Positions 48,101 to 61,600 of a DNA stretch of 64,000 nucleotides are shown here, in pieces. The DNA comes from Monocercomonoides exilis PA203 (taxonomy: Eukaryota > Protista > Preaxostyla): the NCBI GenBank assembly GCA_001643675.2, contig LSRY02000016.1, positions 496,001 to 560,000 on the forward strand. The letters are read 5' to 3'. Each line of letters begins with the position of its first letter. Positions within the stretch are counted from its first letter, which is position 1. A program made the translations under genes and the position numbers. The notes beneath the pieces are model-generated. The model was not told the DNA's origin. It did no database searches and saw nothing but the letters and a program-made list of their open reading frames with translations.

Positions 48101-51100
48101 TCGCGCAGCGCTGCTGCTTGTGTCGCTGTTTTCTTTCTTTTCGCCAAGTGTGTTTGTGAAATCGAATGAAGATGAAGATGAAGCTGAAGTTGAAGAAGGG
48201 ATGAAGGGAAGCAAGGAAAAATTGAGAGGAAGAGAGAGAAAAAGGAAAAGGAAAGGAAAGATGAAGAGAAAAGGAGAAATGGAAATGGATGATTTGAAGA
48301 AGGAAAATGAAGAAAATGAACAGGAAAGAAGCGCAGAATTGTTTACTGAAAGAAGTTCTGATGATATCAGTTCAAAATCATCAAGTTCATTTCTGTCTCA
48401 GTCATTATCTGATTCATATTGTTCATATTCCTTTTCTTCTTCTTCTTCTTCTTCTTCTTCTTCTTCTTCTTCTTCTTCTTCTTCTTCTTCTTCTTCTTCT
48501 TCTTCTTCCTTCTCCACTTCTTCTTCTACTTCAACTTCCCTTCCCTCAGAATATTCATCCACTCACAATTCAATCCCTCCAAATAATACAAACACTTCAA
48601 TCACACAGCATTCATCTTATTCAATAAATCCATTCAATCCAATAAATCCAATTGATCCTTCACATTCATCTAATTCCTCGAACTCCTCAAATATTACAAA
48701 TCTCTCCAGTTCCTCAAAAGAAACAGAGATTCTGCAGATGATGCAGAGCGAAGGGATATCCCGAATAGCAGAAGGGCTGGAGATGCAGCCGAAGGAGACG
48801 CAGCACTGGCTGATTGTGCTGCTGGCAAGACTGATGGAGATAAGCGATGAGATTGAGGCGAAGGAAGAGGAGGAAAGAGAGAGGAAAGAGAAGGAGAGGA
48901 AGAATGGAAGGGGAAGAGGGATGGATGGAAAGAGAAGGAGAAAGAGAAGGAGAAAAGGAAAGGAAAAGGAAAAGAGAAAGAAAGAAGAAGAGAAACAAAA
49001 GAAAGAGAAGATTCAAAATGGCAAAACTGAACAAGAGAATTCTAATAATAATCCAAATGCTTCTGTTCCAGAGCAGCCATCAGAAGAAGAATTTCCTCAA
49101 TTAATTGAATTTTCTAATGTTTTTGCTGACCAGCCAGCTGTTTATAATCGATCTCACATCCAAATATCATCTTCGTATTTTTCTGCTGCCAATGAAAAAG
49201 AAAGTCAAATAAGTCAAGTAAAAATTACAGAACGAAACAAACAGAAAGAAAAAGGAGAAGAAAGTCTGAAAAGCACAAGAAGTCAAGCAGAAGAAGCAAA
49301 ATCAGAAGAAGAATTAGAAGAAGAATCAAAAGCAAAAGAAAGAAAAGAAGCACAAAAGCCTCACCACCACATTTATCACAAGCATCATTCATCAAAGCAC
49401 ACACATACGCACACCCAAAAACAAGCACAATCACATTCACACACACACACACTCCGTTCGGCCATTCTCGCATACACTGACTGGGAGTTGTTTCTGCTGC
49501 AGCTGCTGCACAAAGACGGCGGATTCGTGGTTTCTGTTGGTGAATGGTATGGCACTGTATTTCAGGGTTACTTGAATGAGGCACTGAGAGAAAGGAAAAA
49601 ATGGAAGAAGAAGAAGAAGAATTGGAAATGTTGTGATGTTCATTTAGAAAATTGTACTTCTTCTTTGTCGTCTTTTTCGTCTTTTTCGTCTTCTTCTTCT
49701 TTGAACCAGAAATCTGAAGAAGATGAAGATAAAAAAGTTAAAGAAGATGTCAAAGAGAGAGATAGGTTTAAACATGACAGCTCATACAAGCGCCTGTTGG
49801 AACTTGTGCAAAAACTCGAAAACAACACCATCATTTCTCGTGTTGAGCAGTTTGTTCTGACATATCTGTTCCCTCATTCTGGTCTATCTTCTAATTATTC
49901 TTCCTCCTCCTCATCATCATCCTCATCTTTTTCTTCCTCTTCTTCTATCATTCCCCATCGCCCTAATCTCACCCTCAGTTCTCCCCTTGTCCTCTTCTCC
50001 CATCCGTCTCTTCTGCCTTCCATCATCTTCCTCTCTGTCATCCGCTTTTGCGAAGGTTCTTTCTCTTCCTTTGGATTCACATTGCCACCAGATGCTTCAA
50101 AGCAACCTATTCTTCCTCTGCCGTTTCTTCTTCGCTGTGTGACAGATGCGTTTTTTGTGGGGGTTCCACTTGACCTGAAGCTGCTGATGCAGTTGTGGAG
50201 ACTCAGCAGAAGTTGCAGCGAGGGGAAGGAAAGCAAAGGTTTGGTTGCATCGAGATGAGTTGGAGTGAATTTAAAATATTTCTTATTCAATATGACATAT
50301 GGTTTTATTTTAAAACAAAATGAAAGTGTTTTCTTTGCGAATAATTTTATTATTATTATTATAATTATTGTTATTTTGTTATTCATTTTTTTTTCCTATT
50401 TTATTCATTGCTTATAACAGAGCTTGAAGTGTTCTTTGATGATCTGATGAATGAGCAGCGGATAATGGCTGTGCTGACAACCTCTTCTGGTTTCCCTCTC
50501 TCAAACACCCTCGACACACTCAGAGATTTGGTGTCATTCCAATCATTTGTGGAGGAAGAGGCTGAAATGAATGAGAATTTAAAGAAATCGATAGATTCAC
50601 AACAGCTTACAGATTCTTCATCTTCATCTTCTTCGTCTTCGTCTTCTTCAACTGCAATTGAATCTACTTCTGCATTTTCTTCTTCTTCTTCTACTTCTCT
50701 TTCAGAACATTCATCTCTTCCACAGACACCAATGATGTTTCTTGTTGACAACAAAGGAAATTCCTTTGCTCTTGCTCCACCACAACTAATACACGATACA
50801 GCTCCATTCATTTCTGCTTTTCCTCCATCTTCTGATATGAGCATTGAGACTAAACAAACTCATCCATCATCATCATCTTCATCATCATCATCTTCTTCTT
50901 CTTCTTCTTCCACTTTAAGCTCATCGTCTCAAAATAAGTCTCTGCAGAGTTCATCCAACTCATCCATTGAAGAATCACTGGCTTTCATCATATCTTCTCT
51001 TCTCAACACTTCCACAAGGTCTCCTCTGCCTTCTTCTCCCACATCCCTTTTCATCCAACAGTCTTCCAACACACAAATCGAGTCTTCTTCTCTTTCTGTC

Positions 51101-51160
51101 ATTAATAAACAACTGAATGAGCAAATTGTGCTTTCTTCATCTTCTCCTTCTTCTTCTTCT

Positions 51161-51195
<35 letters not shown>

Positions 51196-53054
51196 TTCCC
51201 CTATTTCCCTTCATCCCCAACGCAACCATTCGCAAAACGGCCAGTTTCTTTCTTCTCTTCTGAAATCACACATCACAGCCACATTCACATCGATCCTTCA
51301 GCACGAGAAGAACGAGCTGATCATCCGCGACATCGTCCGCATCGCATATTCTCTCCTTTTCTTCTCCCCTTCCTTGTTTGCAGCCACCACCACACCCCAC
51401 TTCCCGGCCTCTCTCCTCCTCCACGCCTTCACGTCCACAAACTCCACTTCGCTCAATCTCTTCTACCGCTTCTTCTCTCTTCTCCTGCGCAGATGCCCTG
51501 AGCTGTTTCCCTCATATTTGTGCACACTGCTTGCCGGTAGGCTCCTGCAGTCAATGGAAAGCATACGAGAAAAAGAGCAAAAGGAAGAAGAGGAATTCAT
51601 TAAGCATCTGAGGAAAAAAGTGGATGTGGTTGTGGAGAGAGAAGAGAAGGACAGCGATGCGCAGAGAGAGGCACTGAGAAGCGGGAAAATCGATGTGGAC
51701 TCGTTGGAGAAGATTGAGATGGAGGCAAATAACGAATTGTTTGAAGAGGATGTTCATTTTGAGACAAATGAAAGTGAGTCAGGGGAGAAAGAGGGGAAGT
51801 CTTCTGATTCACAAAAGAAGCACCCACAAAAATTGAATGAAAAATCGCAACATTTCCCACAAAGAGCTGGAAATTGGGATTTTGGAGAGGAGAGCAACAT
51901 GTCTGCGATGTTTTCCTCAGCAGAGCAGACAGACAACAGCGGCAGCTGCATGATGGATCGTCTGCTGTTCCTGATTCTGCTGCGCTGTGCAGAAAGAGAA
52001 GAGAAAGGAGAGCAGCACGAGCTGTTGGGAGAGGTATGTGAGAGCGGGTGGTTGAGGCAGATGGTGTGTGACGTGCTGATTATGACCAGAAGAGGCGAGG
52101 CTGCAGAAGATGATGGTGTTGAGAGAGCGAATGAGGAAGTGGGGTTTGGAAGGAATGAATTGGAACAGTTCAATGAGAGTTCAGGTGACAGTGCATTTGT
52201 CCAAAAGACAGGGGAGAGAAACAAGAACAACTCAACGATTGCTTTGGCTGATTTTGAGTATGATATCCTCCGCTCTTTTATGTCTGATATGCACACACGC
52301 TTCTTTTTACTCTCACTTTCACTTCTTCTGCTGCACAAAGCCAAACCGCTTCCGTTTCATCTGCTTCCCTGCATTTATGCAGCCGAGCAGAAAATCATTG
52401 AAGAGTCACAAAAATTGATGAATAAGAAGGAAAGTCAAAGTTCATCGTCGCGTCAAAAGCTCAAGACTATGCAAGAAAAAGAAGGAACGCTTTCTTCTAC
52501 TACTTCTTCTTCTTCGCCTTCGCCTTCTTCATTGGAAGACCATTCAATGCTTTCTTCTAATTCAACTGCGCCTTCTTTTGAAGCAGAAAGTGAGAAAGAT
52601 CAGAATGAAAAAGATTTAACGGATGCCTCTTTATGCTGCAAAGTGTTATCCTATCTATGTGAATCTGAAGGTATGTTCAAATTTTACTGTTTTATTTCAA
52701 ATATCACTACAAATTTATTTTTTATTATCAAACTTCATAAATTGCAATATAATCCTCTTTGCAGATAATTTGATTTACGTTGATGGCTCTCAATTGTTAT
52801 CCTCTGTAATTACTTTGCTGACTTCTAACAATATGGCCACTGTTGTCGCAGCTCTGCGTTTCCTTGTAACTCTTTCTGTCCACAACAATGCACTCATCAA
52901 ACAGAGGTTGATAGAACAAAATATTCTGACAGTTTCTTCCTCTCTAATAGATTCAGAAAAAGTTAATTCATGCGAAGGGGAAAATAAAAATGCAATTAGC
53001 CTTCTTCTTTCGGAATTGTGGGAAGCACTATTAAAAGGAGAAGAAAACACTTGA
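45172..53054 (+). CDS. Large multi-exon Ser-rich hypothetical protein with helical/ARM-like blocks (joins ORFs 45896, 46984, 47979, 50408, 52623); start codon uncertain
   Basis: In-frame GT-AG joins at GGAAAA|gtatgc...aacag|AAT, CTTTG|gtatga...ccag|G, AAAG|gtttgg...aacag|AG and GAAG|gtatgt...gcag|AT. C-terminal ARM-like LLTSNNMATVVAALRFLVTLS. Confidence 0.55.
48435..48507 (+). repeat. (TCT)n microsatellite encoding poly-Ser
   Basis: About 24 uninterrupted TCT units in frame; similar tracts at ~51145-51197 and ~46372-46446. Confidence 0.95.
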
Positions 53055-53302
53055 AAATTAATTGGCACAAACATAGAAAATTGTGAAAAGAATTGAGCAA
53101 GTGTTTCTAATAAAAAAGCAAAATTCATGTTTGAATTGCCTAAAGATTCATAACAAATACATCAAAGCCAAAAAGTGAAGTGGTGAAGTGATAATGGCAT
53201 GAGCAAGTGCAAGACGTAGAATTAAGCAAATGATATTACATTTTGTTGAAGTGAAATAAACGTAAAAGTTCTTGAAACATTCAAAAATTGTTGTTCATCA
53301 AT

Positions 53303-54178
53303 TCAGTCATTTTTTAAAATTTTTCTGTTTTTGTAGAAGATAAAAAATCCACATAGTAAACTCAAAATGCATATTATGAGCTGAAAAATCATGAAGGATG
53401 GGCTTAATGGCTGTTCTTCTGGCTCTATTTCTCGAAATCCAAACATTCTAACTTTCCATGGAAGCCAAAACATCAAGCACTTATCAGGAAGTTGGATGGC
53501 TTTCGTGTTGTAAATATCGATTAATTTGCTAATGCTTTCTTTTTTATGAATATAAAATGATTCATATTTCCCAACAGAGCCATATTCACATGGTTCAATG
53601 CTTTTGTCTGAAGATAAGCAAGTACTCCGAATGTTATCCAATGAAAACAAGTCCCAATCCTCGGGAAACGATTGAATTTTTTCATTCAAGAATGAAGTTG
53701 AATATTTACGTAAAGGGGCAAAAGTTTTCACTACTAAAATTGGCTTTTTCAAATCACTATTCTTCAGTTTGTGCGAAAGAAAAAAAAAGAATTGAAGATT
53801 TGTTTGCCAGTCCGCAACATCTTCCCACGGAGAATCATATTCCCCTAAGTCATCTTGCAGTTGAGTGAAATTCAGTTTTGTTTGTGGATCAATGGAAAAT
53901 GGAAGAGGAGTTGAATTTGAAAATGATGAATATGATTGAATCTGGAATCCATCAAATGTTTGAAGGGGAATGAAAGGAATTGAAAGACCGTTTAGAGTTT
54001 CTTCAGTGATATGCGTTGGTGTTGCCTTTCGATTTGAAAAAATAAAATATACGTCAGAAACATTCAGTTCATTTAGTCTTGATTTCACTTGTTCCGACTT
54101 GAAGTCCTCTGTATATTCCCAGTTTCGAATTTTGCAGAAACATTTCGTCACAAAAAATAAAAATATTAGAAAAAGCAT
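53303..54178 (-). CDS. 291-aa type I membrane protein with a degenerate glycosyltransferase family 25-like ectodomain
   Basis: Signal peptide MLFLIFLFFVTKCFC; TM FMIFQLIICILSLLCGFFIFY. GT25-like order of motifs: VYFI...LNGLSIPFIPLQTFDG, FFLSH, FPEDWDLFSL, SFYIHKKESISKLI. The family call is tentative. Confidence 0.55.
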   Translation of the reverse strand: MLFLIFLFFVTKCFCKIRNWEYTEDFKSEQVKSRLNELNVSDVYFIFSNRKATPTHITEETLNGLSIPFIPLQTFDGFQIQSYSSFSNSTPLPFSIDPQTKLNFTQLQDDLGEYDSPWEDVADWQTNLQFFFFLSHKLKNSDLKKPILVVKTFAPLRKYSTSFLNEKIQSFPEDWDLFSLDNIRSTCLSSDKSIEPCEYGSVGKYESFYIHKKESISKLIDIYNTKAIQLPDKCLMFWLPWKVRMFGFREIEPEEQPLSPSFMIFQLIICILSLLCGFFIFYKNRKILKND

Positions 54179-54271
54179 GGCTATAAAGCCAATAATTCAC
54201 TGAATCAATTTTGATCTTTTATTTTGTAGCCCATTTTATATTGTTCGCAATGCCGGAAAAGAAAACAATAA

Positions 54272-55307
54272 ATGGATCCAGCCTCTTTTATTCAAGAGAT
54301 CGACAACCTTGAGCAAAATTCAAAGAATATACAATGCAAGCTTCGTCAAATTGCGGATAATCAAAGAAAAGTTCAGCGCGAAATAGAAACAAGTATTATT
54401 CAATTTTTAAGCGATATTTTTATATAGGCTATTTTGTTCAAAAAATAAAGCAAAGAAGACTATAGAGGAAGGAAGATTAAAAGAGAAAGAACAAATAAAG
54501 ACAATAGCATCTTTGGATCAACGAATACAAACAGCAAAAGAAAGATTAACAATTCTCAAAGCTGAAAGTGATACTTTTCTTGCAGAAAAGAATAAAATTA
54601 AATCAATCATAAAAAAGTCAGACGAGGATACAGAGCAAGCAATGTGTGAATTTTCGAATTTCATATTTTTTTTTTTTAAAAGCAATTAACTTCTTAAAGA
54701 CAAATGCTTTGCCATCAGATTGATGACCTAACAAAACAAGTCGACAACGAAAGAGCGATGTCAAATCCTTACAGTTCTCAAAAATTACATGACTCTTTGA
54801 AGGAACAAATACGGAAGCAATGCTTGAAAAGTTTGAGCAAAATGGAAAAATATTTTTTTTTGTTTTAATTTAAGATTTAAACTAGATAAGGCAGCAAGCA
54901 AAAGCGCTAGCTCATTATCACTTGATGAACATATAAGTGAACTTCAAAAGCAAAAAGAAGATCTAATTGTTGAATTAAGTCAGCTTAAAGTAGATGAAGA
55001 TAGAAATTTACATTCATCTTTTGAACAAGGAAGGATGGATATTGAAGAAGGCAGTGAAACTTCTGGAGAATTTATAGGAAATTTGGGAATGGAAAATGGT
55101 TCGTTTGCAAATCAAGAAGTGGAAATGGATATTGAAGATTCTCATGAATCAGCGCTTCAAAGTGATTCAAAAACTGAAAAGACATATGATCAACTCCTCG
55201 ATGCAAAGATCATTCTTGCTGGTGAACTTGAAGAACTGAAGCATAAAATTGACGATTTAAAGAGAACAGAATGTTCAGAATGCGAACGTAGAATGTTAGA
55301 AGAATGA
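54272..55307 (+). CDS. Hypothetical coiled-coil protein, about 4 exons
   Basis: MDPASFIQEIDNLEQNSKNIQCKLRQIADNQRKVQREIET, followed by heptad-rich blocks separated by short AT-rich gaps, ending in ORF 55035-55307. Confidence 0.55.
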
Positions 55308-55356
55308 AAAAATTACTATGGGTGTATTTTAATCATGTCATCTTTCATTTTTGCGA

Positions 55357-57091
55357 ATGGGGCGCTTTTGCGTCGCAATGGTTTGCGACTTTTTCTTCCC
55401 AAATATTGGTGGGGTAGAAAATCATATTTATGAGTTATCTCAGCATCTTTTAATGAAAGGAATCAAGGTTTTTTAAAAAAATTTTTTTATTGATTTGACA
55501 ATTCGAATTTTTTTTAAAAAAAATTAATTTATTAAAAAGGTTGTCGTTGTAACTCATAATTACGGAAACCGTAAAGGAATAAGGTGGTTCAAAAATGGTT
55601 TAAAAGTTTATTACATTCCAAGGCTTTGCGTGTTTCGGCATTCAACCTTTCCAACTTTGATCGGTCCTATCGAATTGCTAAGGGATATATTTATCAGAGA
55701 GCAAGTGAATTTATTTCATGGTCATACAGTTTGATTTTTTTGATTTAAAAAATGATTTGATGCTTGTTTTGTTTTTTCAGTCATATTCTACACTCGTCCA
55801 TGAAGCTATTTTTACTGCAAATCGTATGAAAATACCTTGCTGTATAACTGAACATTCATTGACAGGTTCAGGGGAAATTGGTGCGGACATCATCAATTTT
55901 ATTTGTAGATGGACAGTTGTTGGAGTCGATCAGGTGATTTGTGTATCAAAAGCTTGGTGTGCAATGGCTTTAGCTTGTCTCGCTGTAAACTTAACTGATT
56001 TGTGTTTCCTTTCTTTCTTTCTTTCTTTCTTGTTTCTTTTTTGAATTATCTTTATGTGCTTGCTTTTTAAACAGTCAAAATAATTATGCCATACGAACGA
56101 AAATGGATCCAAATACAATTCAAGTCATTACAAATGCCGTTGATGTGGAACAGTTTTCTCCACGAACAGAAGAAGAAGAAGCTAAAAGAGAAGAAGAGAA
56201 GAGGAGGCAACACAGAGAAAATCATAGTCTGTTTCTTTTGAATATGTTTAAAGTGAATAAAAATGATTATTTTTTTGAACTTCTCTGATACAAAAATATT
56301 TTTTTATTTTCAGTTGTTGTGACTATATTATCTAGATTAACATATCGTAAAGGCACTGATTTAATGATAAGTGTTATTCCACAAATATGTAAGAAATATG
56401 ATTATGTTGATTTTTATATAGGTTTGGTATAATAATTTTTTCAGTAGCAACTTTTATTATCATTTGTTTTTTTGCAAATGTCTAATTAATTCTTTCTGTG
56501 CTTTCAGGCGGTGATGGTGACAGACGAATAGATGTTGAACAAATGATTGAAACAGAGCAGTTGAAAGACAGGGTTATCACATTTGGTAATATTCATCACT
56601 CAAAAGCAAGGGATGTATGAAACATTAGTTTTTGTATATAAAAAGGAAAACTCTTGTGTTAATTCTTATAATTTGTAATTTCTTTTAACATTATGCACGC
56701 AGTTTTTAATCAAGGGAGATATATTTCTGAACTGTTCATTAACGGAAGCTTTTGGAATAGCCATTTTAGAGGCTGCATGCTCAGGACTTTTTATTGTGGC
56801 AACAAATGTTGATGGAGTACCGGTATGTATTGATTGAACTTATGTCATTTTAAATAAATCGTTATGTTTTTTAAAACTTTGCTGTTTTGTTTTCTGCAAT
56901 TTAAAAATGTTGATTTTTACAATATGCTTTCACATGACAATTATTTGCATGTGCAATTTGAAATGTGCTTTTTTATTTGCAATTATAATTCAATAGGAAG
57001 TGCTACCATCTCACATGATAAAGCTGTGCGATCCAAACACAATTTGTATGATTATATTGCTATGATTTTTTAGTTTAAAATTCATCCAATT

Positions 57092-57166
<75 letters not shown>

Positions 57167-57894
57167 TTCATTCATTCATTCATTCATTCGTTCGTTCGTT
57201 CGTTCATTCATTCATTCATTCATTATTGTCTTTGACAAACACAAAATAGCTGTTTTTTGTGGACTGTCATGGGCGATTGAGAACTTTCACTCCTTCAACG
57301 CTCGAATGTTTCATGATGAGGTTTGTTTGACAATACTTCTATTTCACCATTTTATCTGCATATTTTGGCGCTTTTTGGTTGGAATGCTTTGATTCAATTC
57401 TGTGTTGAATATTACTATTCTTTTCAATTACTATTTCAAAGCTTGTTCCACTTTACAGCTGGGAGGCTATTGCAACGCGAACAATTAGTGTTTATAAGCA
57501 AAGCGTAAATGTTACTCGCAAAAAACCAAATGATTTTATCAAAAGGTTTAATCATATTTTAAAATTGGTTTTTTATTCATAAAACTTTTTTGACTAAAAA
57601 TTCTTCACTATTAATTTTATTAATGAATGTTGATCTTCAAAATCATTTCCATTTCCTTCCTCACTTTTCAGATTTTTCCAGATGGGAGCATTCCCTGGGA
57701 TTTTGTTTTCTCTTCACTTGATCTTCTTCTCAATGATATTTCTGATTATATGTGGTTTGTCTCCTGCGAAGCTCATTGAACCAGCCATTAATTATCCATC
57801 TCCTGTGGATGGCGAAAAAGAGATCGCTCACACATCAAAGAGCAATTGGCGTTTGGAAAAGGAATCTCAGGACAGCTGCATTGGTGTACCGTGA
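55357..57894 (+). CDS. PIGA: GPI-GlcNAc transferase catalytic subunit PIG-A/GPI3, about 11 short exons
   Basis: [21 protein letters not shown]; [15 protein letters not shown]; TEHSL; ICVS; [12 protein letters not shown]; GGDG; [25 protein letters not shown] (EX7E); EVLP; YSWEAIA; C-terminal TM. Confidence 0.93.
57090..57224 (+). repeat. Compound tetranucleotide microsatellite (TTTA)n-(TTCA)n-(TTCG)n-(TTCA)n in a PIG-A intron
   Basis: Directly visible. Confidence 0.95.
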
Positions 57895-58668
57895 AAAATG
57901 CGTTATATCAGCTTCTTGCCTTCGCCTTAATGTTTTTACTGAGCAAAAGGTAACTTTGATTGGTTCAAAACTTGAAATGCAATTAATGAATGCATTTTAT
58001 TTATAAAAGCAAGAGATTACAATTGACTTGCTCTGTTTCAATTGGCAGATGAGTTTAAATTTGAAAAATGGAAATGAGTTCAAGTTATGAAATACAAGCC
58101 AGCGAAATTTCATTTTTCATTTTTGAGTAATGTTGGAAAGCAGTTTTGTTCAAGTTTGGAGAAAAGCTGCTTTTTGATTCCAAAATAATCTTTTTTTACC
58201 ACAAACTCAAAAATTCGATTTTTATTTTTATTATAATTAACTTTTATTTTTGTTTGATGATATCCATTAAACTTTTAAACCAATACTAACAAAATTTTAA
58301 CATTTTTTTCCCATTTTAAAATGAGTGAAAATTGAAAGACGAGTTTGTAAAACTATTTGATATTTCATTTGTGAGTTTAAATGTTCAACATATATTCTCT
58401 GTTGCAATTTGCTATCGGCTTCATTTTTTTGATAACACCGCTTATCAATTGCTTTTAAGATAAAATCCTTAATAACCATAAATAAGATTATTCTTCAATT
58501 TAGTTTTCTCAATTTTCTTTCAATAAAAAATAATTATGTAATAACTTAAAATTTTTTTAATTTTTTTGATTTAACTTTCTCAGAAAATATATTCTTAACA
58601 AAGTGTTTCAAGAAAAAAATTTTTAATATGGTTTAAAAATTGGATCAAAAAAGGTTCATTTATTTTGA

Positions 58669-61600
58669 ATGGAGCCTTTTTGGGATCATAACACCAGAGC
58701 AACTGAGCGATTCAAATCATTTAATAATGAGGATGAAATTATTGGAGTTGGTAAATTTCAATTCAGAAAGGCGAAATCTCAAAAAGATCGATCTCGTGTT
58801 GCAGCGCTCAATAAATTTAGAAAAACTGCACAGCTTAATGACAATGAGGAAAACGCAAGTAATCACGTATGAAAATGTTGATGAGAAAATATAAACTCAT
58901 CTTTTTATGGAAAAATATTCCAGAAACAATTAGTCGAAAAATATCTTTGTGATATTAAAACGGGTGATCCTGTAATGATGCTCCAAGGTGTAACGAACAT
59001 ACGTAAGCTTTTGTGCAAAGTTGATGTTGATAGAGAAGCAAATGATGCGTGCCTCACCTTTGATGCCTTATCCGTTTTTGCAGAATTACTTTTACTAAAG
59101 GACGAGGATACGCTTTACCAAACTTTATGGTGTCTTAATAATATAAGTGTGTTGTTAATTATTAATGCAAGTTAACAACTTCATTTTATCTGCGACGATT
59201 GCTTCATCAACAGCCAGCTTGGAAACAAATTATACAAGAGCAGTTGCATATTCAAAATGCTTTGAACGAATTGTTGCTCTTGCTTATTCACCAAACGAAC
59301 AAATAAGAATTTTAGTATTGATAAGTTATTTTTTCACAGAGAAATTTTTGTTTTAATATAAATGACCCGTATTTTGGTAATACTTTCTTTAGGTAATATG
59401 GTGTTTGGTGAATATTGTTTCGGATTCACCAGATCTTGTGGAATGGTTCATGGCTCAAGGAGCGGATCGTCCAGTACTTAATATATTTTGGGAGATAGTT
59501 CAACAAGAACCGTATTTAGCTGAGATCTTTTCAGAGATTGTGAGTAAATTGGAAAAGCCTCCATCTCAAATATTACCATTTCCTCAATCGGCTCTTTCTT
59601 CATCTTCTACATCTGCATTTCAATCGACTTCATCTTTCCCATCAAGCAGCAATTCTTTCATATCCAACCCTTTACCATCCAATCCATTTCAATCATCACC
59701 TCCTCCTCTGCTTTCCTATCTACTCACGGTGGGGTCCCGCCGTCCATCACTTATCACCCCCAATTCATCTTCCCCTTCGCTTTCTTCTGAATCAACATTT
59801 CAGCAATTGCCAACTCTGAACATTTCATGCGACTCGGACACTGAACTTTCTCTGTTGAAGCGTGTCTCGACTATCCTGAATTGGTGCTCAAAGACACTTT
59901 CTGACAAAATACTGGAAGAGCGCAACAAACACCTTAAGCAGCAGAAGCAGAAGGACAAAAATGTTGCATCTGTTCCAATTAATGGGGGAGTGACTCAATC
60001 GCAAGCGCCTTTTCCTTCTGCTTCATTTCCAGTTTCTCCGCTTGGTGCTGCAAAAGATGACGATCTGTCAGGTGTGACTGACGATGAAATAGAAGCTGCA
60101 CTTCAATCGGTTGAAATGGACAATGGGACAATACGCATCATTGGGTCTTCAGAAACTTCTTCCTCTAATTCTTCCTCTGCATCTTCGTCTGTTCCTTCAT
60201 CATCATCATCTTCTTCTTCTTCATTCACTTCATCTTCCCAACCGCAACTGCAAACATCACCTCTCCAGTGCCCCATATTTCCGTCGCAAGCTGCGGAGTA
60301 TTTTGCAGTCGGGCAGGTGATGATGCAGATTGTGGTGATTGGAGCTGTGCGAGAACAGGATGTGAAGTGTCTGTTAGAAACAGGAAACGTCACAGAAGTC
60401 GACGAAGACAGATGGATCGAAGCGAAGACAGCTGAGCTGGTTGAAGAAATGAAGAAAGAAAGGGAATCGAAAGGAAACAGCAGCAATGGCAGCAGCAACA
60501 TCATGCAATATGCCGAAGGGATGGTTGCGATGGATGATGTGAGTCAGATGAGCACAGAAACGTTTATCAGCCAAGCGGAGATCGACGAGGCACGAAGGAG
60601 ATCCAGCAAAATGTGGATACAAAAGAGGAGAAATGAGACAGCACTGACAAAACGGTACTGTGAGCTGCTGATGAGCGAAGTGAGGAGCATCTTGAAGACT
60701 TCGTTGGACTTTATTGCAGAGTTGTCAATGGACGACGACCCAACAATTTTGGAGGTATTCATCAATTTCTTTTAAAAAAATGCTGTTATTGTAATCATTT
60801 TGCAAATCATTTGTTTCTCTCTTTTTATTCTCCATCTTTCTTAATGAAATATGATTCTCTTTTGAATGTCGCTCACATCCACTCCTATTTCATTCAACAA
60901 TTCAAATATACCATGATGCATCAGCCACTTGTGGTGCTCAATCGTGTTCCACTCCTTGTGTCATTTCTTTCGTTCTCTGATCAGTTTCTGGTGACTGATG
61001 TGGTGGACATCATACGCGCATTGACGTTGGACTCTGAGTGTTGCTCTCTTGTTGTTAAGAGTGAAGGGATACACTACTTGCATCGAGTGTGCTACCCCAC
61101 TGCAAACAGCATCCAAACCATGCTAGCTCGCCAAAGGAGAAAAAAAAGGAAAGGCAACAAGAAAAAGAGCCAAGAAAGTTCTCCTGGGTCGCGAAGTGAA
61201 GCTTTGATTCAGCTGCGCAGGGAACAAAATGATGAGTTGAATGAAAGCGAAAGTAGCTCGGAATATGAATCAAGCGACGATTACGTATCAAATCTGGAAC
61301 GTTCATTGGAGAAAGATGAAGGTGCTGATTCGTTTGAATCAAGAATTGATGGCATTCATCATCTTTCCACCCCGTCCACTCCAGAGAGTGTGCTGTCATC
61401 TGCACTTGAAGCTCTTGGAAACATTGCTGCAAACAGCTGCGAAGACTGCGACTTAGTTGTGGCAGACGGGGTTGCAGCGACAGCCGTTGAATGTCTGGCC
61501 GACTCGCGCCATAAGGTGCGGCAGACTGCACTTTTTCTGCTGAAAAACATGGCTGTTGGTTCTCTGAAGCACATCAAGGTGCTCATTGAATGCTCTGTGC

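Noticed and set aside
46302-52418. Poly-Glu/poly-Lys/poly-Leu ORFs on other frames and the opposite strand
   Set aside because: Alternate readings of (TCT)n Ser tracts
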